From the NCBI RefSeq assembly GCF_009914755.1, contig NC_060939.1: 64,000 bases of DNA, one strand, 5' to 3'. The first letter of the stretch is position 1; each line of letters begins with the position of its first letter. Below, piece after piece: positions 27,851 to 41,599 of this stretch. Made by a program: the position numbers and the translations under genes. The notes beneath the pieces are model-generated. The model ran no database searches. It saw only the letters and a list, made by a program, of their open reading frames with translations, and was not told the origin of the DNA. Origin of the DNA: the human T2T-CHM13v2.0 reference genome, Homo sapiens.

Positions 27851-28690
27851 GTCCATTAGACATCTCTAACTTAAATGTTTAAAGTAAACCTAGAAGTACA
27901 ACCTTCTCACCCAAACCCTATTCCTCTCTTGGTCTTTTTTATTACAGCAAAATATGTTACCATTTGTGGATTATCAGACATTATCTTTGATTCCTTATTT
28001 CTCTTGCTCTACCACCATCTCCAGACACTTGACATAGACAAATCCATAAATACTTACCTATTCTAGCTCCAAAGCATATTTGGCTCTCACACTTCTCTCC
28101 ATCTCTACTACCTCCAACTAGTTCTAGCCACAGGCCCCCTTCACTTTGATACCTATCATAGCCCTCTAAGTAGTTTGCACATTTCCACTCTTGCTTTCTT
28201 ATGATCCATTAGCTCATAACATTCAGATTGACTTTCACACACTTAGATTACATCAAGACATTCCCTGGTATATAAAAGTTTCCAAAGGCTTCCTCTTTCA
28301 ATTGACCAAAATCCATTATTTTTACTATGGCGTATAATGTAGCATGTAGTCTGGGCTCTACCCATCTTTCCAACTTTACCTCATTCACGTTCCTCTCACT
28401 CAAATGTAGCCACACTGTCCTCATGACTTCCTTAACTGAGCCAAATGTCTTCCCACACCAGGGCATTCATATTTGCTTGCTTTTCTGCCTATGAAGCTGT
28501 TTCCCTTCTCTTCATAGAGGGCTCCTTTCCATTCTTCAAGTCTCATTTCATGGTCACCTTCGTTCACAACCCTACCCTGACCATCCCATCCCTCAGAACA
28601 CTCCCACGCATCTCCAACTCTTTTTTCTCCCCAAAACACTTATTATATCTGAATCATATTATTTAGCCTGGTTATTTGTTCACTTCTTTA
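27851..28690 (+). mobile_element. L2 fragment
   Basis: acatctctaacttaaatgttt...cttctctccatctctactacc...cccacaccagggcattcatatttgct...ttcaagtctca. Confidence 0.75.
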
Positions 28691-28792
28691 CTACTTTTTT
28701 TCTGTTTTTGATGCCTTTTCCTTTTTTCTGTTTGTACATGTTTTGGTCACAATCCAAAGCAAAAAGAAAATACACTTCTACAGCAATATAGT

Positions 28793-28816
28793 ACACACAC
28801 ACACACACACACACAC
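28793..28816 (+). repeat. (AC)n microsatellite, about 12 units
   Basis: Direct reading. Confidence 0.95.
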
Positions 28817-31577
28817 AACGAAAAAAAAACTTCATGAAATATAAACATCATGATAAAGATAACAAATTCTGAAATTGTATTTCTTCATAGCTGTGTGTGT
28901 ACATTATATATATCTGTATATACATGAAGATATTACATGTTTATAATATATAGCATACATATATGACATATTGCATATAATTTATGTATATATATTTAAA
29001 TTCTGGTCATAACCCTCTAAATTGATGTTATGACCCACTGATGGGTTGAAGCTAGCAGTTTAACAACACTGTTCTTAAAAATAAGCTTCATAGAGTATGA
29101 AACTTTGTAATTTCATTTAAAATTAAATACTCCTATTCAAAAAATAATAATTGAATATTTTGAAAATATATTATGCCACCTTAAATCTCACAAAATACAT
29201 ATTTTAGATATATTCAGATATATTTCTATGTTGATAAGTTTGCCAGTATAATACAGCATATAGATAATTTCCCCAGCAATATTTGGAATTTGACACAATT
29301 TGGGGCCTGTTTTTGTGTACCTAGCTCTTTATTTCTAAATATACATAAAAAATGTTATATTTATGCATAAAAATGTTTTCTCTTCAAACAAATTAAGATA
29401 TTCATGGTGAATGATCACATCTCTTGGGCAAGGTATTTGAATGGAGCATTTGAAAATAAAAATCTATAGAAAGCCATTATTGCCAGAAGGAAAAATATAG
29501 TAAGAGTTCAATCAAGAAAATAAAGTTGGTATTGGCTGAAAACAAGGGAACAGAGCTAACTGCATTTTGCATATGTCATTATCATAACATGGTAGGTTTT
29601 CACTTATGTGAAAATTATATATTTAACTTTGTATTTTTTCTATCATTTTCCTGCTATTAGTTTTTCAGCCATGTACCATCTGGGAAGAGATAGGAGGAAA
29701 AAGAAAAGAGAAAGTGATGAAAACTTGCTTAGATTTTTCTTCCTTATTAGTGGTTTTTAGAATTTTTTTAGAGAAATAATAAATTGAAAGAATTGTTAAA
29801 ATTAGTTTAGAAAATTTCATTTTAAAAAGGAAACAGAAATATTTACATGTCATGGCCTTAGGTGCTCATTGCTGCCTTGCTACCTATAATAAAGAGGATA
29901 AAATTATTCAGGAACAAATGAATATTATCTAAACTACTTGAACTTGAATTGTGGAACTTGTAAATTTGGCTGTCTCCTCATTAAATCAAATGAATCACAA
30001 GCCCAACAATGCATGTAGATATGTAGATATAACCAATGAAAAAAAAAATAGCTGTGACTATTTTTGTAATATTTCGGTAAAAAAATCTGTGACTTTGTTT
30101 GGAGACTGCTGATACTCAGCCAGTGAAAATGTTTTGGCAACAAAAGAAACTTGGGAAGGAGGTAGCAGTTGGCATGAAATCAGCTTTCTAGAAACTTTCT
30201 CCTGATGAGAAGCTTAGGAAACCATGGTTTTTTTTGTTTGTTTGTTTTTATTTGGAAACCTTCCAGGGAAAGCTCTGAAGAAATGACCTCCTGTTGGTTC
30301 TGTTGGGTTGACTGTCAATTACACATGTTTGTTTTAAGTGCGACCTGGCTGCAAATTGAGGAGAAGGGGAAAGGACTTGGGTAAAGCCCATTTATGCTTT
30401 AGATCAAACCTTTTCAAGCATTATAGATAACATTCACATGTGTGTTATGCTATCAAGAGAATACCTGTAAATGGTTTGTGGTGAGTAACTTCACAGACAT
30501 ATTAATCCTATATCAATGGGATATTCAATTTGGCAAAAACAATAGAATTAGGGGCAAGAAAATGGCATTTTTAGAATCATAGTAGAAGAGGAAGATATAG
30601 GCTAGACCTATTGACAGTCTGCTGGCTGGAAAGGACAGGAGCAGCTTGGATCATGGAGCACATCTTGGAGAGAAAACAAAAATGTTTCGTGGGTAAATTA
30701 GTGTATTGTGCTGTGCTCTGCTCTGGTCATCCCTCTGCGTCTCCCCAAGAAACTTCATTGCACTCTGCATTACTTGTCATTGGAAGGGTTCTTTAAGAAT
30801 GCTCCAAAATGCTGATCTTAGCTTCAAAATGTGTCCTGATAAGCCAAGGCTGACATGCTATGTATACAATGCCATGTGCTACAAGAAACTCCAGGCCTTT
30901 CTGGCCTACCAGGGACCACTTCAGCATGTGAAAGAGTATGAGTGACATTAGGATATAGTTTATTCTTTTACATGAATAAACAAATTATTTGTAAACCTTA
31001 GTACCATCACTAGAATGAGTAGAAACACATTACAGTGAGTAAAAACTCACAATTCACTATGTAGATGGCAGAGTTCAATGACACCGTGACCCCAAATCAC
31101 TGCTCTGGCTTATTGGAAAAATACGAAAGCAGTAAGTAAAAGGATAAAAACTGGACCTGGGGCTACAAGAGAAGATTTCTACAATGAAGGGAGGCAACAA
31201 GTAGTAAGTGGTTTGCAAATGGGAGAATTCACAGTACAGGTGAATCACAACCCAAGTTATGAGGCTAAAGAATTTTCATGCTATGCTCCACATAAGAAAA
31301 ACTTACATGGACAACCAGGCATGAGAGATCTTACTAACAGACCCAAAGGCAAATGACACCTAGAATTAAGTGATTCCTTTCTCAATTATTGTAGTCCCTC
31401 TTAGTGCTACTATTCAAAGAAATTTATTCACCTCCTGAGAAGTTAGTCTAGATCAGTGGCCTTCACACTGCGTTCTATGGAACACTAAGTTAAAATTTCA
31501 GGGACTGCTTTGGTGGTAGCTAAGGTTCAGAGAAGAATGACTACTAGCCAGCTATTTTTTCCTCTGTTTGACATAGT

Positions 31578-32030
31578 GTGTTTATTAGTCATCTATGCAA
31601 CAAATTATCACCAAAGTTAGTGCATAAAACAATGCAAATGCAAATATATCATCTTAGAGAATTTTGTAGGTCAGGAAGTCTGATGTGGGTTTCATTGGGT
31701 TAAATCAAGGTGTTGGTAGACAGCCTTTCTTTCTGGAGACTCTAGGAGAGAATCCATTTTCCTTTCTCTCACAAGCTTCCAGAGGCTTCCCACATTTCAT
31801 GGCTGTGGCCATCTTCCAAATTCTTTGTCAGCAATATCCAGGTATTTTTCTCATGACTCTAACAATGACTCTCCTGCCTCCCTCTTCCACATTTACATGT
31901 CCTGTTGAGTACATTGAGCAGAACTAGAAATCCAGCATAATCTTTTGTCTTAAGGTCAGCTGATTAGCAAACTTAATTCCAGCTGAAGCCTTAATTCTTC
32001 TTTGTCATTTAACAGAACATATTCATATTC
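31578..32030 (-). mobile_element. MLT1D-like LTR
   Basis: gtaggtcaggaagtctga...ttctggagactctaggagagaatcc...ttaaggtcagctgattagcaaacttaattcca. Confidence 0.75.
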
Positions 32031-32520
32031 AGTAATCTGGGCATGATTTCACTGGGTCCTCTGTCCTAGAGTCTCTTACAGGCTGAAATGAAAGTGTCAT
32101 ACAGGACTTGGCCTCATCTGAAAGTTCAACTGGTGAAGGTTCTGCTTCCATATTATCTCGTATGGTTGTTGACAGAGTTCAGTTTCTCAAAAGTTATCAC
32201 ATGGATGGCCTCACTTCTTCCTTGGCATTTGGCCTGTGGCCACCTTCAGTATCTTTACAAGTAGTGCCCTCCAACATGGTGCCTTGCTTTATCAAAGTAT
32301 GCAAGCCAAGAAACCAAGAGTCTGAAAACAAAAAAAAATAAAAGTTGTAATCTCTTATAACCCAATCACAGAAGTGAGAACTCATAACTTTTGTTGTATT
32401 TTAGTCATTAGAAGCAAGTCATTAGGTCAAGTCTATGTTTAAGGGAAGGGGACTACCCCAGAGGGGGTAAATAGTAAGAAGTAGAGATTATTTGGGATTA
32501 TTTTAAAGGCTGCCTACCAT
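32031..32520 (-). mobile_element. MLT1F-like LTR
   Basis: ctgggtcctctg...ctcatctgaaagttcaactgg...ttagaagcaagtcattaggtc...ggctgcctacca. Confidence 0.7.
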
Positions 32521-32750
32521 GGAGTGTTGTTTAGTCTCAAAGACATTGGCTTTAGTCAGACAGGATGAGTACGAAAATCTGTCTCCATTACTTACCCGCC
32601 ATGCAACACTGAGCAATTGTTTTGTCAACTCTGTACATCAATTTATTCTTCTGAAAAATCATATTGTTGTGAGGATTAAATTAGGTGCTACGTGTAAAAT
32701 GGTTAGAGAATTTCCTGGTACATAGTAGTAAGTGCTCAAATATTAGCTTT
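32521..32750 (+). mobile_element. MIR
   Basis: ggctttagtcagacagg...ttgttgtgaggattaaat...cctggtacatagtagtaagtgctcaa. Confidence 0.8.
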
Positions 32751-32982
32751 GGTGATGATGATCATCAGTCTTCACTTGAATGAAGAATTCAGTGCTAAAA
32801 CCTGAGTTAACCATTCAGCTAGATATATTCTAAAGCTATATCTGAATAAAGAATCTATATGTTTCATTAATGACCTACAAATTCAATTTTTCTACTCTTA
32901 GAATATATAAAGCATAACATTTTACAAATACCAGAGGATAATATGACCAAATAATTTCTTCCTTTACTATTGAAAATGTATA

Positions 32983-33337
32983 TGATATGGTTTGGCTGTG
33001 TCCCCACTGAAACCTCAACTCGAATTGTGTCTCCCAGAATTCCCATGTGTTGTGGGAAGGACCCAGGGGGAGATAATTGAATCATGGGGGCTGGTCTTTC
33101 CCATGCTGTTCTCCTGGTAGTGAATAAGTCTCACAAGATCTGATGGGTTTATCAGAGGTTTCCACTTTTGTTTCTTCCTCATTTTCTCTTGCTTCCACCA
33201 TGTAAGAAGTGCCTTTCTCTTCCCACCATGATTCTGAGGCTTTCCTCAGCTATGTGAAACTATAAGTCCAATTAAGCCTCTTTTTCTTCCCAGTCTCAGG
33301 TATGTCTTTATCAGCAGCATGAAAACAGGCTAAAACA
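32983..33337 (+). mobile_element. THE1 (THE1A-like) solo LTR, 5-bp TSD GTATA
   Basis: tgatatggtttggctgtgtcccc...gaaaacaggctaaaaca; gtata at 32978-32982 and 33338-33342. Confidence 0.95.
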
Positions 33338-33569
33338 GTATATTATTTTTCTGATTTAAAAACTTACAAAAAAATTGAAAAATACAAAGCACAAAGAACT
33401 TCAGAATTACCCAGTGTATTTATCCAAAAATTATGTATACACTTACATATTTGCTTTTCACACATTTAATACAATTTTATATAAAACATTTATAACTTTA
33501 ATTTTACATAATAATTAACCAAAATACTTTTTGTGAAAGAAATTGTAGCTTATTATATTTTACTATTGA

Positions 33570-34035
33570 CAACTTTTCTTTTTATAGTCATAAATGTTCT
33601 CGACTTAGTTATTTGGTCAGCCTATACCTACAGGTCAATTTTTTGAGGGGAAATGTTCATGGATTATAATGTTGTAAGTCCCTGCATGTCTGAAACTACC
33701 TCTGTTGTGCTTGAAAGACAGTGTGGCTAAGTATATAATTCTTAAGTGATACCTATTTTCTCTCAGAACCCTGTGGCTACTTCTCCATTGTCTTTTGGTA
33801 TATAGGGTTATAGCAAAGAATTAGAAGACCAGAATAATTTTCTTCTTTGAACACAGCCTGTTCTGTTTTGTTTCAGCCTAGATGTGAATAATACCTTTTA
33901 TTTATTTCAAGGTTGAAAATAAACTGAAGGGTTTCTTTCATTGTTAGTTGTGCCTAGTACTCCATGAGTGCTTAAACTTTGTAGACTCAGATATCTCTTT
34001 AATTCTAAAACATCTTTCTACTGTTTCTTTGTTTT
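33570..34035 (-). mobile_element. HAL1 / old L1M ORF1-region fragment
   Basis: gtccctgcatgtctgaaa...cttgaaagacagtgtggctaagtatataattctt...tctccattgtctttt. Confidence 0.5.
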
Positions 34036-34044
34036 GATCTGACA

Positions 34045-34530
34045 AAAATCAAATCATGTCTCTCTTCTGTTCATGACCCTTGTCACACACAGAATGAAAT
34101 CCAGTCTTTACCCTGAACTGGAAGGCCCCGCATTGTTGCTGGAGGCCCTGTCTCTGAACTCATCTCCTTTGACTCCCAGCTCATCCCTTTGGGACAATCG
34201 CTCTGAACTCTTTGTCCTTCCCCAATCACATCATACAAACCTGTCCCTCAGGTTGTCTGCATATCTGTTCCCTCTGCTTGGACTACTCTTTTCCTGAATA
34301 TTCACTTCAGGTTTCTGATAAGGAAATCCTTTACTACTTTATAAAATAGGAAAGTAGAGCCACCCTCAATCTATCAGCCACTGATATACTTGTTTATTGC
34401 CTGTTTCCCACCTTAGACTGTAAGCTCTGTGAAAGGGACTTTTCTGTGTTGTCTACTGTTATAACCCTAGCATCTAGAGAAGAATCTGTCATGTGGAAGG
34501 TAGGTACCTAACACGTGTTGCATGAGTAAA
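34045..34530 (+). mobile_element. L2 3' fragment
   Basis: tcaaatcatgtctctcttctgttca...cacacagaatgaaatcc...ttagactgtaagctctgtgaaaggg...ccctagcatctaga. Confidence 0.8.
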
Positions 34531-34915
34531 TTCCTCAGTTTAGGTTCCTGGTATGGTCTCTGTGCTAGATCTGAAGTGGATATGAGTAAGTACAGCTGCA
34601 GAATCCCCAGGCAGTGTGCCCTTTGATCCCTTGTTTGCTTCCCCAAATATTGATAGATTGCAAATGTGCTTGTACTGTCCCATGGTGCTTCCTGACTCCT
34701 GCCCCACCCTTTCTCGGATTGGTGGTTGATCAATCACTGAAGGATTTCTGCCTCTTTCTTCACATGCTTCTCTCTCTTCCCCCCAGCCCCCAATCGGGTC
34801 CCGTATTTCCCATATATTGTATAATTCCTTAAAGTTTCTTGCATGTGAATGCTATTCTTCTCTAGAGTCTAGGCTTTTAAAGGATTTTGTAGCAATGAAA
34901 TGAAACAGTGCTCAA

Positions 34916-35090
34916 AATGCTTTATTATATTTACGGAGTTGTGCAATCACCATTATAATTTAAATTTATTCATCATTGCAAAAAGAATCTTTGTACCATT
35001 AGCAGCCACTCTCTGTCTTTCCCTCTCATTGAACTGTAGACTTTAAATGGGTAAACTTTATGATATATAAATCATATTTCAATAAAAAGT
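34916..35090 (+). mobile_element. Tiny ancient L1MB-like 3' end with 5' inversion
   Basis: 34916-35026 is antisense and 35027-35088 is sense (ending AATAAA); the two segments are adjacent in the L1MB 3' UTR. Confidence 0.75.
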
Positions 35091-37679
35091 AATTTATAAG
35101 TGAAAGTATTATACGAATGTTTTTAATTATTGTGATTGAAAGAGCAATACAGAAATTCCTGAGGACAAGTTAAAGCATTATTCTTTTATGAACTTCCCAT
35201 ATTTTTCCACGTCTTTATCTTTTTAAAAGTGTAATGATTTCTAATGTTATCACATTATCCATAATTTTCTCAAATCACAACAGTTATTTCCCACAAATGA
35301 TAAAAAGCAGTATAGAAACATATAGTTATATTTAGCCTTAACATATTAACTATAACTAGTATTTCTCCCATCATTTCTTTAATCAAATTCATTTATGTAT
35401 AGCATAATAGAGGTGGATAATTTCCATTATAAATAGGTATTGATATTTGTGAATATTTATTCACTTGTAATTTTAATCAGATTTTTTCCTAATTGAATTC
35501 TACACAAGGTACATTCAGATTTTATCATTTACTAATTTTTATTATTTATCTCCATGGGAATTTGATATTGACATATTGAAGGCAGTGTAATGACAGCATT
35601 GCCATTTTGCTATTCCTTTAATTTATTTCTATTTGCCTAAGGAGAACTATGTCAATCACTCTGGGAGTAAGTAACAGAAAGTAAAAAGTAATATAGTTGT
35701 GGATAAAATGTAAGTGATTTGATTTGGAGAATAAAACTGAATTTTAATGGTATTTTATCTTTTATACTTAAAAATGCATATGGTACATCAAAATGCACAC
35801 TTGTAACTAAAACACTTTATTTCCAAAATAATATGCCAATTTGAGGGTGGGAACATGGGAGCAAATGTTTGTATAACTATCGCTTATTTTTTACAGTATT
35901 CTATACATTCAGCATTTTTTTAATTTAACCCTAAGATAACCTCTAATCTAATAGTATGTTGACATGTTTGGTAAGTGAAAATTTCAGATTCTATATTCAG
36001 ATTTTTGTGAATAAGAAAAAAGCTATTCATTCTATTTTTTAAGTTGTGCTTTATCAATTTTTGTACCATTTACGGTGATAAAGCATTTTTACATTTAGTT
36101 TTTTACTCTTCAAATTATGAAAGTGTCTGGAGCATATTGGTTACTGCTTGATGACCAAGTCCAACTGATATCAGCTATTAAAACTTTTGGAAAATTTGTG
36201 GTCAGTTGTAAAAGAAATCCAAAATTATTTTACTACTACTCTTTTCATGCTTCTTTCGTATTGAATTTTGCCTCTCATTTATATGTTTGGATTTTTTTTT
36301 GCTTTCTTATCATGCTGAAGGTTTAGACATTTTTTAATGTGTTAATTGCTCAAACTCATTAGCCTGTTAAGCCTCTCAACATCATATAAGGTAAATCAGC
36401 ATTAAATATTAATAGAAATTAAGGTACACAGAGGTTAAACAACTTGTCAAATTACATTTTCTATACCATTGCTGTTAAAGGAGTTATCTTAAGTCTTGTT
36501 TTATCTTGTTTAAATTTGCACTAACTGAATAAAATTTTGCATGAGAATTTAAAACACATTTTGTTTTCACTGCACTAAATACTATCTCAGGAATTTCAAG
36601 AACTAGAATGAGCTTTCTGGGAAATGGAGGTCTTTCATTCAGTTATTCCACTGGGAGGTTCTGGCATTTGACAACAATATTTAAATAGCTAATGTAACTG
36701 AGGGAACAGTTGGTGAGTGGGTTTGAACAAATCTTGCCTCCTTAGTGATCCAAGTCTTCCCACGGGAAATTTCAGATGTCATGAACCATGTTGCAACTTC
36801 TCTTTAGAGAAAACCTGGGCAGAAGATGGTACACCCAAAGCAGTTACATTAACACTTTTTACTTCCTACTGCCCTTGCAAACAAAGTAATTTGTTAAGTC
36901 ACTACTCAATCAAGAATATTCAGAATAATTATTGCTGACGGAGTACTGGACTTGGAGATTTATTTTTTGAATGTTTGCATTTGTTAAATTATATATCCAA
37001 GAAATTTAATGTATAAAGCAGAAATTCAGGTTTATAACATGTGCAAATTTCCTGGAATAATTAACAATTTTAAATATTAGATATTCTTAAATATTGTGTC
37101 GCCATATTGGGGGATCATCTCTGCCAACTTTACTTCTCTGAATCACAAGCTTTTTTTTTCTGCCTTGAGAGCCAATACTTTTTCTGTGCCTTCACAGTAG
37201 TTCTGAGAACTTATCTCCTTTTTCCATTAATGGCTAAATATTTGGAATGTCTAATAGGGTATCTAATATGCAATATCACATATTGTCAGTACATATTAGT
37301 ATATTAGAGTGTACAACTATCTGGTTTTATCTTAAACTCTGAAATTTGATGTCAAATATTTTTATTGTTTCACTATTCTTGCAAAATCCAATTTTTATAA
37401 AACAGATCTACTTAAAGTTAATATGCGCTGCAGTCTATGTAATATGAATTAATTGCCACTGAGGAAGTATTTTTCAAGACTGTTGGTTATACATTCTTCA
37501 CATTACTTTCTTTGGTAAAAAACTTCTGTATAAATTGGAAAATCATATGTGCAATAAGCACAAGCTCAGAGAATTAGACCATATGGTCTCTGTAGCTATA
37601 ATACTTGGAGGTATCAGATAGTCATTCTTTAAGATCATTTTAAAAATCTACTGCACAGATTCTTTCTAGAGATCACATT

Positions 37680-37862
37680 AATCAATTTTTACATTTCAAA
37701 ATAGCTAGAAGAAAATAATTCATATATTCCTAGAGTAACAAAAAGATAAATATTAAGGTGATAGATATTCTAATTACCCTAATTTGATTATATGAATATA
37801 TCAAGTTAGCACATGTACCCTGAAAACATGTACATCTATTATGTATCAATAAAATAAACAAT
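37680..37862 (+). mobile_element. L1MA 3' end fragment
   Basis: atttcaaaatagctagaaga...aggtgatagatattctaattaccctaatttg...cacatgtaccctgaaaacatgtacatctattatgtatcaataaaa. Confidence 0.8.
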
Positions 37863-37924
37863 TTTTAAAGATATGATTTCTATATATTTATATTTAAATA
37901 CATTTCTAACAACCACAAAAATGT

Positions 37925-38243
37925 TACTCATTTGACCATTTAATAAGCTAATATTTAAATAGCTACTCTGTGTCAGGCACTGTGCTAAGTACTTGGGACA
38001 ATAAAGACATAGAATCTCTGCCCTAATAGAGTCCATAGAGTCAGGGAGATAGGTATTTAACAATTATTCTTGCTTATTTAAGTAAGAGCGACTGTGATAC
38101 CTGTTAGAAAAAATGAGTGTGTGGTGTTAGAAAAATAATTGAGAGGGGCATTTTGTCAGGTGATTCAGAAAAGCGTTCCATAAGGAAGTGATTTTTGTGC
38201 CAAGATTTCACAAACAAGCAGGATTTAACCAGTTGAAAAGGGT
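37925..38243 (-). mobile_element. L2 3' fragment, cut off by the L1
   Basis: ctactctgtgtcaggcactgtgctaag...tctctgcccta...aggaagtgatttttgtgccaagattt. Confidence 0.7.
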
Positions 38244-38245
38244 TT

Positions 38246-41200
38246 GTGCAATCAAATTAGAACTCAGGATTAAGAAACTCACTCAAAACCGCACAACTAC
38301 CTGGAAACTGAACAACCTGCTCCTGAATGACTACTGGGTAAATAACAAAATTAAAGCAGAAATAAATTATTTCTTTGAAACCAATGAGAACAAAGACACA
38401 ACGTACCAGAATCTCTGGGACACAGCTAAAACAGTGTTAAGAGGGAAATTTATAGCACTAAATGCCCACATCAGAAAGTGGGAAAGATCAAAATCGACAC
38501 CCTAACATCACAATTAAAAGAACTAGACAAGCAAGAGCAAACAAATTCAAAAGCTAGCAGAAGACAAGAAATAACTAAGATCAGAGCAGAACTGAAGGAG
38601 ATGGAGACATGAAAAACACTTCAAAAAAATCAATGAATCCAAGAGCTGGTTTTTTGAAAAGATTAACAAAATAGCTGCTAGCCAGATGAATGAAGAAGAA
38701 AAGAGAGAAGAATCAAATAGACAAAATAAAAAATGAGAAAGGGGATATCACCACTGATCCCACAGAAACACAAACTACCATCAGAGAATGCTATAAACAC
38801 CTCTACACAAATAAACTAGAAAATCTAGAAGAAATGGATAAATTCATTAACACATATATCTTCCAAGACTAAACCAAGAAGAAGTTGAATCCCTGAATAG
38901 ACTAATAACAAGTTATGAAATTGAGGCATATCCTACCAACCAAAAACAGCCCAGGACCAGATGGAGTCACAGCAGTATTCTACCAGAGATACAAAGAGGA
39001 GATGGTACCATTCCTTCTAAAACTATTCCAAACAATAGAAAAAGAGATTCCTCCCTAACTCTTTTATGAGGCCAGCATCATCCTGATACCAAAACCTGCC
39101 AGAGACACAGCGAGAAAAGAAAATTTCAGGCCAATATCCCTGATGAACATCTTTGCAAAAATCCTCAATAAAGTACTGGCAAACCAAATCCAGCAGCACA
39201 TCAACAAGCTTATCCACCACGTTCAAGTCAGTTTCATCCCTGGGATGCAAGTCTGGTTCAACATATGCAAATCAATGAACATAATCCATCACATAAACAG
39301 AACCAATGACAAAAACCACACAATTATCTCATTAGATGCAGAAAAGGACTTCAATAAAATTCAATACCCCTTCATGCTAAAAACTCTCAATAAACTAGGT
39401 ATTGATGGAACATATCTCAAAATAATAAGAGCTATTTATGACAAACTTATAGGCAATATCATACTGAATGGGCAAAAGCTGAAAACATTCCCTTTGAAAA
39501 CTGGCACAAGGCAAGAAGGCCCTCTCTCACCGCTTTTATTCAACGTAGTATTGGAAGTTCTGGCCAGGGCAATCAGATACGAGAAAGAAATGAAGGGTAT
39601 TCAAATAGGAAGAGAGAAAGTCAAGTTGTCTCTGCTTGCAGATGACATGATTGTATATTTAGAAAACCGATTGTCTCAGCCCAAAATTCCTCAAGCTGAT
39701 AAGCAACTTCAGTGAAGTCTCAAGATACAAAATCGATGTGCAAAAATCACAAGCATTCCTATATACCAATAATAGACAAGTAGAGAGCCAAGTCATGAGT
39801 GAACTCCTATTCACAATTGCTACAAAGAGAATAAAATACCTAGGAATACAACATACAAGGGACATGAAGGACCTCTTCAAGGAGAACTACAAACCACTGC
39901 TCAATGAAATAAGAGAAGACACAAACAAATGGAAATAAATTTCATGCTCATGGATACAAAGAATCAATATCGTGAAAATGGCCATACTGCCCAAAGTAAT
40001 TTATAGATTCAATGCTATCCCCATCAGCTACCATTGACTTTCTTCACAGAATTCGAAAAAGACTACCTTAAATTTCATATGGAACAACAACAAAAAAAAG
40101 CCCATATAGCCAAGACAATCCTAAGCAAAAAAACAAAGCTAGAGGCATCACACTACCTGACATCAAACTATACTACAAGGCTATAGTAACCAAACAGCAT
40201 GGTACTGGTACCAAACCAGATGTATAGACCAATGGAACAGAACAGAGACCTCAGAAATAACACCACATATCTAAATCATCTGATCTTCAACAAAATGACA
40301 AAAAGGAGCAATGGGGAAAGGGTTCCCTATTTAATAAATGGTGTTGGGAAAACTGGCTAGCCATATGCAGAAAACAGAAACTGGACCCCTTTCTTACACC
40401 TTATACAAAAATTAACTCAAGATGGATTAAAGACTTAACCATAAAACCGGAAACCATAAAAACCCTAGAAGAAAACGTAGGCAATACCATTCAAGACATA
40501 GGCATGAGCAAAGACTTCATGACTAAAACACTGAAAACAATGACAACAAAAGCCAAAATTGACAAATGGGATCTAATTAAACTAAAGAGCTTCTGCACAG
40601 CAAAATAAACTATGATCAGAGAGAACAGACAACCTACAAAATGGGAGAAATTTTTTGCAATCTATCCATCTGACAAAGGGCTAATATCCAGAAACCGCAA
40701 AGAACTTAAACAAATTTACAAGAAAAAACAACCCCATCAAAAAGTGGGCAATGGATATGAACAGATATTTCTCAAAATAAGGCATTTATGCAGCCAACAA
40801 ACACATGAAAAAAAGCTCATCATCACTGTTCATTAGAGACATGGAAATCAAAACCAAAATGAGATACCATCTCACGCCAGTTAGAATGGCAATCATTAAA
40901 AAATCAGGAAACAACAGACGCTGGCGTAGATGTGGAAAAATAGGAATGCTTTTACACTGTTGGTGAGAGTTTAAATTAGTTCAGCAATAGTGGAAGACAA
41001 TGTGGCAATTCCTCAAAGATCTAGAACCAGAAATACCATTTGACCCAGCAATCCCATTACTGGGTATATACACAAAGGATTATGAATCATTCTATTACAA
41101 AGACACATGCACACATATGTTTATTGCAGCACTGTTCACAATATCAAAGACTTGGAACCAACCCAAATCCCCATCAGATAAACTGGATAAAGAAAATGTG

Positions 41201-41599
41201 GCACATATACACCATGGAATACATACAGCCATAAAAAAGGATGAGTTTATGTCCTTTGCAAGGACATAGATGACACTGGAAACTATCATTCTCAGCAAAC
41301 TAACACAAGAACAGAAAACTAAACACCATATGTTCTCACTCATAAGTGGGAGTTGAACAATGAGAACACATGAACACAGGGAGGAGAACATCACACACCA
41401 GGTCCTCTCGGTGGGTGGGGGTGGGGGACTAGGGGAGGGGTAACATTAGTAGAAATACCTAATGTAGATGATGGGTTGATGGGTGCAGCAAACCACCATG
41501 GCACATGTATACCTATGTAACAAAACTGCACGTTAGGCACATGTATCCCAGAACTTAAAGTATAATAGATTTAAAAAATAATAAATAAAAATAAAAAAA
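38246..41599 (+). mobile_element. 5'-truncated L1PA7-like element (disrupted ORF2 and 3' UTR), sense to host
   Basis: ORF2 fragments in ORFs 38188, 38690, 39143 (RT region, LLADDMIVY), 39738, 40612 and 41000; G-rich 3' UTR tract ~41410-41441; A-rich tail. Confidence 0.95.
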
